Source: Podarcis liolepis | Lineage: Eukaryota | DNA length: 64,000 nucleotides | Assembly (NCBI GenBank): GCA_965112155.1 | Contig: OZ218098.1 | Strand: one strand, 5' to 3' | Shown here: positions 1 to 12,700 of the stretch, piece after piece | Numbering within the stretch: the first letter of the stretch is position 1 | Layout: each line of letters begins with the position of its first letter | The notes under the pieces: generated by a model | What the model was told of the DNA's origin: nothing | The model's database searches: none | Seen by the model: the letters and a program-made list of their open reading frames with translations, nothing else | Made by a program: the position numbers and the translations under genes

Positions 1-475
1 GAGGCAGGGGTGGGGCCTGGTGGCCTGAGCGTAACCCGGTCCCCTGCGGAACCGATTTGTTAGTTCCAAATAATGAAGAAATGAGAGGTAACATTGAGAA
101 GGAAAAAGCTAATCATAGCACATTTCTCCAAGTGTGGTGTGGCGTTTTTTTTGTAAAAAGAAAAGCTACAATCTTTTTCACTCGTCTTTGTGTCTTTACT
201 AAAGCTTATTGTCTGATTTCCTTAAATGTGCAAACTTTATTCCAGTGTTGACTAAAACTGTCATTTATTTATTTTTCCGTCCTAGGTGATTCTTTAGAGA
301 AGTTCTGGTTTACCATGATAAAAGGCAGAATTAAGAACATTGGCGGGAATTGGAGTTTTGTCCTGGATAGATATCTGCATGCTTCTCAAAAGCTTATCTT
401 TGTAATCATCCTATCAAATCGATCTTCTTAAGGTTTTATATTTCAGGCTTCTTTCTTTCTGAACTTTTCTTCTAG

Positions 476-757
476 AGCCACCATCGTTCCTGAAGAAAGT
501 GGACCCCTCTTACTTGTTGACTCCTGGAGAGTCAGCACATCTTCAGTGCAAAATCAAAGGGTCTCCTGAGATCCAGGTGACATGGTACAAAAATAACAAA
601 GAAATTAGAGAGAGCGACACACAGAGGATGTCTTTTGCCAATAACGTGGCTGTGCTAGATATTACCAATGTGAAAGTTGATGACAGTGGAAGTTACTCGT
701 GCGAAGCAGCTAATGATGCTGGCAGTGACAGCTGTAGTACTGAGATTGTTGTCAAAG
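476..757 (+). CDS. TTN: Titin exon 1, Ig domain (6-mer repeat A, pos 1)
   Basis: AG/GT bounded, 282 nt, phase 1-1, [13 protein letters not shown]...STEIVVK. Confidence 0.95.
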
Positions 758-3700
758 GTTTGTTCTTAAACCCAGGGGTGCTTTCTTTTCAAGGTGCTTT
801 GTTCTGTTGCAAGTGTACTATCGGTCACTAATTCTTTATTCATGCTTTGATGATTTTATAGAGCCTCCTACTTTCATCAAAACTCTTGAGCCGGGCGACA
901 TAGTGAGAGGAATGAATGCCACTCTTCATTGTGAGGTTTCTGGTACTGGACCATTTGAAATCAGTTGGTTTAAAGACAGGAAACAAATTCGCAGTAGTAA
1001 AAAATACAGGTTGACTTCCCAAAAGTCTCTTATCTCTCTGGAGATTTCTTCATTTAATAGTGCAGATATTGGTGAATACGAATGTTCCATAGCGAATGAA
1101 GTTGGAAAATGTGTTTGCAGTGCAACATATATACTGAAAGGTTAGTGAGCAAGTGAACAAACAAAACCTATTTTTAGCATGTGCAAAAGGAGAAAATAAC
1201 TCTTTCGTGGAAACCAATTTTTCTTTTTTAGTTGTCTCCTTTCCTTCTCTTTCTGTTTCTTGTTGCATCTTGGAATCTTTTCTTATATTCTTGAACGCAG
1301 GAATAAAGGCAGAGAACAGATTTCATTGAGCTTAATTCCCAAGCAAGAGGCTGTTTTACAAATGTTTAGGTGTGGGAGAGAAAGTCAATTCAGTTCTCTT
1401 TTAAAGGTGACCTTACCTTTCAAAAGAATATGCGGACCAGAACACCGCCATCCTTTAAAATTCACACTTCTCTGAATTTTGCAATGCAGTGTTCCAGCTG
1501 GGAAATGAAAAATAGTTTTGGGAAATAGTGAATATTGGGCAAAACAGCATTAAAAATGTGTGTGGTAGAAGAAATTCACACTAAAATGCTGATAAACTTT
1601 CATGAGGACTTTTAAAAACTGCAATCTGATGTGGAAATGTGAGGACTCAATTTAAGACTTTTAAAAAAGAGGAACTGATAGGTTTCCCATCCCTACACAT
1701 GATATGTAAATAATTTATTGCTTCTGTTAGCTTGTGATACAAATGTAAAACCTACCCAAGTCAGAATTCTAATTTGCAATGCTAATGCATCTTTTCATCT
1801 CCCATCCCCCACATTATCGGTACTCAAAGTTCCACCAAGTAATGAAAGAGGAGCCCAAAGGCAATGTAAAAAAAAATGCTCTTAGCATTCCCACACACTT
1901 ACTTAAGAGTAAGCCTTGCTGAACTCAATGTGACTTACCACTGAGTAGGCACGCCTATGATTGGTCTGTTAGCCTTTCCTTTGATAAGTATAATGTCATG
2001 CAAATCAGAGGGATTCCAACATAAAGCATAGCCAAAAGGCAAAATCTCTACTCCCGACATCCTTCTGAGAAGCAAGCTTTGGTACACAGTAAAAGAATTC
2101 CTCTTTTACTCTTCCTAGTCCCCTTATTTACACCAGTAGTGGGGAACCTGTGGTCCTTCAAGTGTTGCTGAACATTGTAGTTCCCCAGTCAGCATGGCCA
2201 ATTTGTAGTTCATCAACATCTGGTGGACCAAAGGTTCTCCACTCCTGGTTTACATCAATGATGGGGAAACTGTAGCCTTCCAGATGTTGTTGGACCCCAT
2301 AATTCCTGACCATTGGCTAATGGGGTGGGAGTTGGAGTACCATATCTAGAGTGCCACAGGTTCCTCACATCTACTTCACCTGGATTAATTTCCCTGCTGT
2401 CAAATGGAAGACATTTACTTATTGCTCAACAAATAATGGTTTCTCCATCTCCAGATTGAAATGGTAAATTTTTCCCTAACATTCAGAGGTAGAAATCCAT
2501 AAAAGACGTTGCCATTGTATCCAGAAGGCAATTTATTTTCTTTAAAAAGCCTTAAATGCAGCACCAAGCACCATATGATGCAATGATAGATAAGGGTTTT
2601 TCTTCCTTTCTTTCTTTTTCAAATTAGAACCTCCCTCTTTCATTAAGAAAATCGAAGATGTTACTGCACTCGCTGGGGATGAAGTTTTCTTACAGGCAGC
2701 TGTGAGAGGCTCAGCTCCTATTTCTGTCACTTGGATGAAGGGGAAAGATATTATTAAAGAAGATAACAAAGTCAAAGTGACCTTTGAAAATGGCATTGCA
2801 ACTTTGCAAATCACAGATGTCCAGATTAGCTCTGGTGGTAAATATACATGTCTGGCTGAGAATGATGCAGGAAGCCAAACATGTTTTGGAGAATTAGCAG
2901 TCAAAGGTCAGTGTAGGAGCACTTTAAGATCACACAATTCTTCTTATACACAGGCATATTGTTCGCATTAGCTCTATAATGACCACTGTTTAATTCTGTT
3001 ATAGAGCCTGCTACCATTGTTGAGAGAGCTGAATTCATTCAGGTGACGGCAGGGGACCCAGCAACTCTGGAATACACTGTTGCAGGCACTCCAGAGCTCA
3101 AAACGAAATGGTTCAAAGATGGAAAGCCTCTGGCTTCTAACAAAAAGTACAGAATCAGTTTTAAGAACAATGTTGCTCAGTTGAAATTCTACACCGCCGA
3201 ATTGCACGATACTGGCGAAATCACCTTTGAAGTTTCAAACGATGTTGGACGCAGTTCGTGCACCACCTCATTTACTGTGTTAGGTTGGTAATCCAGTAGC
3301 GCTACTGCGATTTAGATGGTAGAACAATTAGAAGGCGGGAGGTGGGAGGGGACACTCCTAAAACACTCTTTGATATATATTGGTTTTCTTTTCTTTGCTG
3401 TGCCTTGGAACAGATCGCACCCTTCCTCCGTTCTTTACCAAACCTCTGCGGAACGTCGATAGCGCGGTTGGTGGCTCCTGCCACTTTGACTGCAAAGTAT
3501 CAGGTTCTCTTCCAATAAAAGTGTCTTGGTTTAAGCACGACAAAGAGATCACTGCCAGCGCCAAGTATGCAATACGCTACGAAGAAGGTTCAGCGTCTTT
3601 GGACATCAAACACCTGGATACCAGTGACGCAGGAGTGTATTCCTGCAGAGCTACTAACTCTGCAGGGGGCAAGGAAAGCCATGGAACTTTAACGATAAAA

Positions 3701-6700
3701 GGTTTGACATCTTCTTTTGCATTCTCTTCTCAGTATCTCTTTTAACCGTTCTTTCCCCACCCCCTTTTTAACTCCTCACTACATTAAGTTGCACTACTGA
3801 TTCTTTCCAACTCTTTCTTTCAAACAATGTGTAGAGCCACCTAGCTTCGTGACAGAGCCAGAGTCTCAAGAAATATCTCCCGGGTCAACAGTGCGTTTGA
3901 AGAGTACATTTAAGGGAACAGCGCCACTCTCTGTACAATGGTTTAAGGGTGATGCTGAGCTAACAACTGGCGGAGCTTGTTACATCATGACAGAAGCTTT
4001 GTCGAGTTACTTGGAGCTTTACGCTGTGAAACCTGCTGATTCAGGCGCCTATTCTTGCAAAGTCAGCAACGCGGCTGGTTCAGCTTCATGCAGTGCAAAC
4101 TTGTTTGTCCAAGGTTTGCACAACTCTTTCTCTTATGATGATATGCTTGGGTGGCGATTTGAGGTGCCTCTTATTTTTCCTTAACCTCTTTCTACAACTC
4201 TTCTTAATAACATTCTTTGATTCCACAGAACCTGCTACTTTCGTAGAAAGACTTGAGCCGTCGCAGTTGATTAAGAAAGGAGAATACGCCCAATTAGAAT
4301 GTAAAGTTACAGGCACGCCTGAAATTAAAATCTCTTGGTTCAAGGATGACAGGGAAATTAAAGACAGTGCCAAACACAAGATGACTTTGGTGGGCTCCAC
4401 AGCAGTCCTCAGACTCCTGGATGTCACTCTTGAAGACTGTGGTGAATATACATGTGAGGCAAAAAATAATGCTGGGAAAGATACCTGCAGTAGTGTCGTG
4501 GTTGTAAAAGGTGTGTGCAAAAGTACCGCTCCACTCAATTTTCTCAGCAAGTCTTTCAAGCCTTTTAAAGGTCCCAGAACCAATTAACAACCCTCACTCT
4601 TTCTTTCTGTCTTGTGCTATAGAGTCACCTTACTTTGTCAAGGAATTTGAACCAAGGGAAGTGTTAAAAGACTCAGATGTGATACTGGAATGTGAGGTCT
4701 TAGGTACCCCTCCATTTGAGGTCTATTGGTTAAAGGACAACAAACCTGTGAGGAGCAGTAGAAAGCACAGAATAAGCATTGAGAATTCCTTGATTAGCCT
4801 CCAGGTTTTCAAGTTTGACTCTTCAGATGCAGGAGAATACCAGTGCAGGGTAACAAACGATGTAGGAAGCTGTGTCTGTAGCTCTGAGTTGGCTCTGAAA
4901 GGTCAGTACCGCCTGGAAAATATAATAATTTAATTCTGATGTTTAGTTGAGGCTAATACTCACCAAGGCATCTATTCTTTCAATAGAACCCCCACAGTTT
5001 GTGAAGAGGATTGAGAACATTAGCTCACTTAGAGGAGGCACAATAGTATTTCAAGCAACTATTAAAGGTTCCATGCCTATAACAGTCTCTTGGCTGAAAG
5101 ATAATGATGACATTGTTGAAGACGATAACACCAAAATGACCTTTGTGAACAATGTGGCCACTCTTATGATCAGGGCCATAGAAGTGAAGCACGATGGGAA
5201 ATATTTTTGCCAGGCTAAAAATGATGCTGGAATCCAAAGATGTTCTGCTTTACTAACAGTAAAAGGTTTGTAGAGCTTCCTCCCGCCTCCTTAATTTATA
5301 GCATTGTGTTTTGCTAACGTCTACACTTCAAGTCACCCAGACTCATATTTGCTCCTGTATTTATCACAGAGGCAGCCACCATCACTGATAAAGCTGTTTC
5401 AATTGATGTCACGGAAGGCGACCCAGCCACATTGCAGTGTAGATTTTCAGGAACAAAAGATATTACTGCCAAGTGGTTCAGAGATGGAAAGGAGTTGACA
5501 TTGGGACACAAATATAAAATCAGTGTTACCGATACAGTCTCTATGCTAAAGATTGTTTCTACCGAAAAGAAAGATAGCGGCGAATACACATTTGAGGTTT
5601 CAAATGATGTCGGAAGCAGCAGCTGTAAAGCTAGCATTAATGTCTTAGGTTCGTATTGTGTATCCCTCTTCTCTTGGAGGTGGGTCGGTTGGTGGGTGCT
5701 GGCCACAACTGCAATTCTTATTTTCTTTTTATGCCAAAGGCCAGCAAAGTGGCAGCCTAATCTAATATCTATCTTTTTGGTTTGTCTTGGGTAGATCTGA
5801 TCATACCGCCTAAATTCACCAAAAAGCTAAAGAAAATGGATAGCATTAAGGGCTCTTTTGTTCACCTTGAGTGTATAGTGTCTGGTTCACACCCAATAAG
5901 TATCCAGTGGTACAAGGATGGTCAAGAGATAACTGCTAGTGAAAAGCACAAGTATTCTTTCCATGATAACATGGCATTCTTGGAGATCAACCAGCTTGAA
6001 GGTGCAGATAGTGGATCTTATACCTGCGAGGCAACAAATAAAGCTGGAAGCAACCAATGCAGTGCTCATTTAACCGTCAAAGGTTTGGACATCTTGTACT
6101 TTTTCTCCTAGGCGGCAGGCTTATTTGCCACGTTGCTTTGATTCTGGTTTTTGTTTATCGTTCCAAAATGAATGACCTCCTTCTTTTCCTGGTCTTTCTT
6201 CCCACTCTTTGTAGAACCCCCATGCTTTGTTGAAAAGCCACAGTCACAAGATGTGGTACCAGCTGCCAGAGTCCAACTCAAAGCTCTTGTGAGCGGCACA
6301 CCTCCCATACAAATAAAGTGGTTCAAAGATAGCAAAGAACTCCTTTCGGGAGCTTCTCGCTCAGTTTACAAAGATGACACTTCAAGCGTGCTGGAACTCT
6401 TTTCGGCCAAGACGTCTGATTCAGGGAACTATATCTGCCAATTGAGCAATGACGTCGGGACAACAACCTGCAAGACAACTCTTTTTGTGAAAGGTCTGCA
6501 CTTTTACATCCTGGGTTATCAGCTGCAATTTGCGCAGCTCAATCCTATGCATGTCTACTTGAGTGTAAGTCCCACTGTGTTAGATGGGGATTACAGTAAG
6601 TATGTGCATAGGATTTCAATCTACCTTAGTTTTTTAGTTGGTTTGTGTCTTTTAAAGCCAATTACTATTTTCTAAATAATTATTTTTAATTTTATTTTAG

Positions 6701-9700
6701 AGCCCCCTAGGTTTCTTCAGAAGCCTAGCCCTGTAGTAGCTTTGAGAAAAGGACAGTCTACCACTTTTGAATGCCAGGTAGCGGGTACACCGGAAATCCG
6801 TGTCCTTTGGTACCTTGATGGGAACGAAGTACTGGACCATGCTAAATATGGAGTCTCGTTTGTAGACAACATGGCGACTTTTAAAGTTTCCAATGCTAAA
6901 GTGGAGGATAGCGGGACTTACATCTGCGAGGCCCGCAATGACGCAGGTAGTGAGAGTTGCAGCATTGAACTGAGAGTGAAAGGTTAGTTGCTAAGAATTC
7001 CTTTTCCAGTTCCTTCAGCCATGCAGTTGGGTTCCTCCCCTTATTTCTGAGGTTGCTTTGTTTTCTTCTACTACTTTAGAACCTCCCACATTTGTGAGGG
7101 AGCTAAAACCTGTGGAAGTAGTAAGAACCTACGATGCTGTGTTAGAATGTGAAGTCACAGGGACTCCTCCGTTTGAAGTGACCTGGCTGAAGAACAACAA
7201 CGAGATCCGAAGTAGCAAGAAATACACCATGACTGATCAGCAATCTGTTTTTGCCCTTCATATCATGAACTGTGATGTTCAGGATGCTGGCGAATACCAG
7301 TGCATTATTTCAAATGAAGGGGGCAGCTGTTCCTGTAGCACAAAAGTCAGTCTGAAAGGTCAGTTCAGTAATCATAGTAGGGAAAAAGCCTAAGAAACAT
7401 TCCATTTGTTCTCTCACCTCCTTTAGTAAATTTTAAACCTTACCCAGGTTTCATTCCGGCTTTTTTATATTTTTAATAAACACAGAACCCCCATCCTTCA
7501 TCAAGAAGTTAGAAAACGTCCACGCTGTTTTGAAGAGCTCTGCTGTATTTCAATGCACTGTGGCTGGTTCTCAGCCTTTAACAGTGTCTTGGATAAAAGA
7601 CGAAAGAATAATTGAAAACGATGACAACTTCCACATTACATTTGAAAACAATGTGGCGAGACTGAAGATCAGGCATGTTGACCTCGGTCACAGTGGGAGA
7701 TACACCTGTCAGGCACAGAATGAGTCAGGAGTTGAGAAGTGTTTTGCTTTACTTTTAGTGCAAGGTTTGTGAGTTTTGATTCCTATTTTGATTCCTCAGT
7801 AAGCACCAGTCTTCTGCCGGTTACTCATTGGAAGACTTCAATATATTTGTGTTTTTATTCTTACTCCAGAACCTGCTCAGATCATAGAAAAAGCTAAATC
7901 AATTAAAGTTACGGAGAAAGACCCAGTCACTCTAGAATGCACTGTGGCTGGAACACCAGAACTTCAAGTAAAATGGTCCAAAGATGGCAAACAACTCATG
8001 CCCAGTAGATATTACACCATGAGCTTTGACAATAATGTGGCTAGGTTCAGGATTGAGTCCATTATGAAGGAGGACAGCGGCACATACACCTTTAAGGTTG
8101 AAAATGAGTTTGGAAGCAGCACCTGTGAGGCTACTTTGTCTGTACTAGGTTTGTATTTTGGTTGGTCAAAATGGAGCATGTTCTTTTTCAATCAACATTT
8201 TAATTGCCTGTGTATTTTTCATGAAGAAGAATGACTAAAGCAAGGAATCTGATGCTACTTACCTTCTTCCCTCCTTTCTGGGCAGATCAAGCAATCCCTC
8301 CTTCGTTTACCAAAAAATTGCCCAAAATGGATAAAATTCTGGGATCATCTATTCATATGGAGTGCAAAGTCTCTGGCTCACTCCCAATTACTGCAAAATG
8401 GTTTAAAGATGGAAAAGAGATACCCGAGAGTGCAAAATACAGGCATCTGTGCCATGAGAACACTGTATCGCTCGAGGTTAATTACCTAGAGTTGACAGAT
8501 TCTGGAAATTATACTTGCAGCGTAACAAATGTTGCAGGAAGTGACTCATGTAGCGCCGTCTTAACTGTGAAAGGTTTGAATTTCTATCTTCTTTCTATAC
8601 ACTGTATTAAAATATAAATCTTTTTCAACTTCACATCATTAATATCTTTGAATGTAGATCTCATTTAACGTTATCTATATAGAACCTTTCTTTTCTTATT
8701 AACTTTGACACATGTTTTATTTCTCTTTATTGGTTTGCTGTGGCTTGCCAGGCCATATTTCTTGCGCCGGAACCTAATTAGTTTTCTTTTGTTTCTTAAA
8801 ACCTTTAGAGCCACCAAGCTTCTTGGTAAAACCAGAAAGTCAATCAGCTATACCTGATTCAACAGTGGAATTTAAGGCATCTTTAAAGGGAACACCGCCT
8901 TTTAAAATAAAGTGGTTTAAAGAAGATTTAGAACTTGTGTCTGGACCTAACTGTTTATTTGGGATTGAAGGGTCAACTGGTTTCTTAAATCTTTATTCTG
9001 TGGATGTATCAAAAAGTGGAAACTATACTTGCCAAGTTTCCAACGATGTTGGCAGCGATTCTTGTACAACCACACTGAGCATAACAGGTGTGCTAATGTG
9101 TTCTGTGTTGCTCTTTTCTTAATTGTCTTCTGCAGTCTTTTGTGTAAATGTTTCTGGGCTACTTTTCTTCCTGCATTGCTAAAACTAGAAGTTAAGCGCC
9201 CTTTTAGATTTCTCTCCCCTCTTATTCTATATACCTTTCAACACAGTCCCTCTTTTCTTCCGATTTACCTTGCTTTCATTTTTCTTCCGTTTCCCAGAAC
9301 CTCCAAAGTTCATTAAGAAGCTAGACCCGTCTAAAGTGATTAAACAGGGCGACTCCACACGACTTGAATGTAAAATCAGTGGCTCTCCGGAAATCAAAGT
9401 GGTATGGTACAGAAATGACACTGAAGTCCATGCCAGCGAAAAATTCCAGATGTCATTCACAGATTCTGTGGCAGTCATTGAAATGAGGCATCTTGGTGCA
9501 GACGATAGTGGAGATTACATATGTGAAGCACAGAACCCTGCTGGCAGGGCAAGCTGCAGTACTAAACTCCTAGTCAAAGGTTAGCAAACATGCCTTGGCG
9601 GACTTCCTTCTCTTTGACTAACTATCCCTAAAAAGATTGAGATTAGCTCATTCTGATTCTTGTATGGCTAAGCTAACTGTTAGATTGCTATAGCTGCCCA

Positions 9701-12700
9701 TTTTGGACAGGGTCCTATTTCTCATCTAATTAACCTCCAGGTTAATTTTAAACAAGGGACGAGGGTGGCGCTGTGGGTAAAACCACAGAGCCTAGGACTT
9801 GCCGATCACATGGGCGGTGGTTCGAATCCCCGCAGCGGGGTGCACTCCCACTGCTCGGTCCCAGCACCTGCCAACCTAGCAGTTCGAAAGCACCCCCGGG
9901 TGCAAGTAGATAAATAGGGACCGCTTACTAGCGGGAAGGTAAATGGCGTTTCCGTGTGCGGCTCTGGCTCGCCAGATGCAGCTTGTCACGCTGGCCACGT
10001 GACCCGGAAGTGTCTGCGGACAGCGCTGGCCCCTGGCCTCTAGAGTGAGATGAGCGCACAACCCTAGAGTCTGGCAAAACTGGCCCGCACGGGCAGGGAT
10101 ACCTTTACCTAATTTTAAACAAGTATTCTCTAACCTGTGGCTTTCACTCTTTCCCTCAAGAATGTTCAAAGGGATGTGGTGTATTTACTATTATTTATTT
10201 AGGTTATTTAATTATTGCAATATTTGTATGCCACTATTAAACCAAAAAACCAAAGTGGTCTACAACAACCACATAGTAAAAACTACATTTTTTAAAAAAA
10301 ACAACAACAACAACCCAGAGATCATCAATTAGCTATTACAGAAAGATGTTTTCTTAATTACCTGCATAAACTTGGTGGCAATTATAACCCACTCTTCATT
10401 AACATCAATGAGTGGGGTACTTAAATCAAGGCTGCAACCATAAGTCATTCAAATTTGCACCACAACACTGAGAGGGTGACAAAACATCCCCTCCAGTCAA
10501 CTAATCAAATGCTTGAGTAGATGTCAGGGTTGGCGTCCACTGAATCTGCAAGAGGCGGCAGTGACCATCACACCTCTCTGCCTGTTACAGAAAGGATAAG
10601 TAATTAGTCAGTAGGACTACATTCCATGTGAAAGGAGGAGAAAATGGGTGTTAAATGCATTCCTGCACTCACCCTTTTGGCTCAGCATTCTAGGATGGTC
10701 ATTGCTTTTATTACTGAAATGGCCAATTACCCTATTCTGGGTGGGCAACAGTTGTGGCCTCTTGCGGGCTGGCTGCCAGCCATTCCCAAGTGCTGGGACT
10801 CGCGTGCACATTGAAGATCATCCAGCCCACTGCATTGCAGGGTGGGATTGCCCGCCAAATACACTAAACTGCCCGATCATGGGCATCTTAGTGGGTGGAG
10901 CTTTGCTGGAGGACTGGGACATGCATGCTTCCATTCCAGTCAGTTGGCTACCCTTAAAAACCAGCTGTGAAAAGAAAAGGGTGCTTCTTCTGCTGCATGC
11001 ATGCCTTGGCACTGGAACAGATACATATATGGCAATTCTCACATTATATTCATATTAAACTAGCAACATATATATTGAGGTAACTTTCTTTAAATGATGC
11101 CTGATTCTTTCTTTCATCCTAGAACCACCCATCTTTAGCAGGAAGCCGTCTCCAGTAGATACACTCAAGGGTACTGAGGTTAGCCTTGAATGTGAGATTT
11201 CTGGGACGCCACCTTTTGATATTACGTGGTATAAGGATAAGAGGCAAATCCGTAGCAGTAAAAAGTACAAAGTCGCATCCAAAAACTACCATGCAAGTGT
11301 TCACATTCTGAATATCGAAGTATCTGACATTGGTGAATACCAGTGCAAAGCTCAGAACGATGTCGGAAGCGACACTTGCGTTTGTATGGTAAAACTTAAA
11401 GGTAGGTATTATTTGAGGAAATACGGTGTGCAATCATCGTTTTCTTTATAGAAATGCACAATTCTTGTTGGAATTCTTGATGCCCATTGGCTCTTTCCTC
11501 TTCAGAACCACCAAAATTCGTGACCAAAATTAACAACCTCACTGTTGTGGTGGGTGAACCAGTAGAGTTGCAGGCCACCTTGGAAGGCTCTCAGCCGATT
11601 TCGGTGACGTGGCTCAAGGACAAAGAAGAGGTCATCAGAGAAAGTGCTAACAGGACAATAACATACGTGGAAAATGTTGCCACTTTGCAGCTTGCCAAAG
11701 CAGAACCAGCAAGCGCTGGGAAGTATATCTGTCAAATCAGTAATGATGCTGGAACCCGAGAGTGCATAGCTACTTTAACCGTTCTAGGTTGGTAATGACA
11801 CAAACTTGGCTTTTTATTTTCTTTTAAAAAGAGAGAGTTACTTTTAAAAGTTGGGAAGGCTAAATAACATTCAGAGCCTTGAGGATGAGAGAGGGCGGGG
11901 CATGCCATCAGTGTACATGGTGCATTACAGAGTATTGGAGAACGGGTTCTGAAGCAAATAGTTCAGGAAACTAGTTGGGGGTTTCATACTGGTCTGCTCC
12001 TATTGGTTGGGCAGTCAGCTCCTCTTCTCTGGGAGACAGATAAGTGGCACGGTGGTGTTTACTGTGTTTCTCAATTCTAGAAAAGAAGAGCCATTAATAG
12101 CTTTGTAGTGGCTCCTTTCCAAAGCAGAAAACTGTGGCTTTAGAGAAGTGATTTCTGTAATTGCAGTATTAAGCCATGTGGCTAAGGAGACAATGATATT
12201 CACAGGCAGATATTGCTTGAATCTTTTTCCAGAGCCAGCTGTCATCACTGAGAAGGCAGAACCAATGAAAGTCACCGTCGGAGACATTTGTACCCTAGAG
12301 TGCAAAGTGGGTGGAACACCAGAACTTTCAATAGGCTGGTTTAAGGATGGAAAAGAATTAACAACTAGCAACAAATACAAAATTACCTTCTACAACAAAG
12401 TGTCCACACTTAAAATTATTGATTCAGAAATGGAAGACAGTGGCTTATACACTTTTGAGGTGCAGAACAATGTTGGCAAAAGCAGCTGCACAGCTTCCGT
12501 TGATGTTCTGGGTCAGTTCTGTTGCTTCTCTTCATTGTATTCCCACCAGGAAATGGTTCTCCTTTGTGAGGTCCTCATTTTCTTTTGTTTACCTCCTCTT
12601 ACACAGATCGGATTATTCCACCTTCTTTCACAAGAAAACTTAAAGAAACTCATGGTGTACTGGCTTCTTCAGTGATTCTTGAGTGCAAAGTGGCTGGATC

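Noticed and set aside
1-60. GC-rich stretch at the window start as a promoter or CpG island
   Set aside because: Too short and truncated by the window edge to interpret.
9756-9830. tRNA-like A/B boxes (also at 38432, 46799, 49440)
   Set aside because: These are SINE heads continuing into SINE bodies and tails, not complete tRNA cloverleaves.
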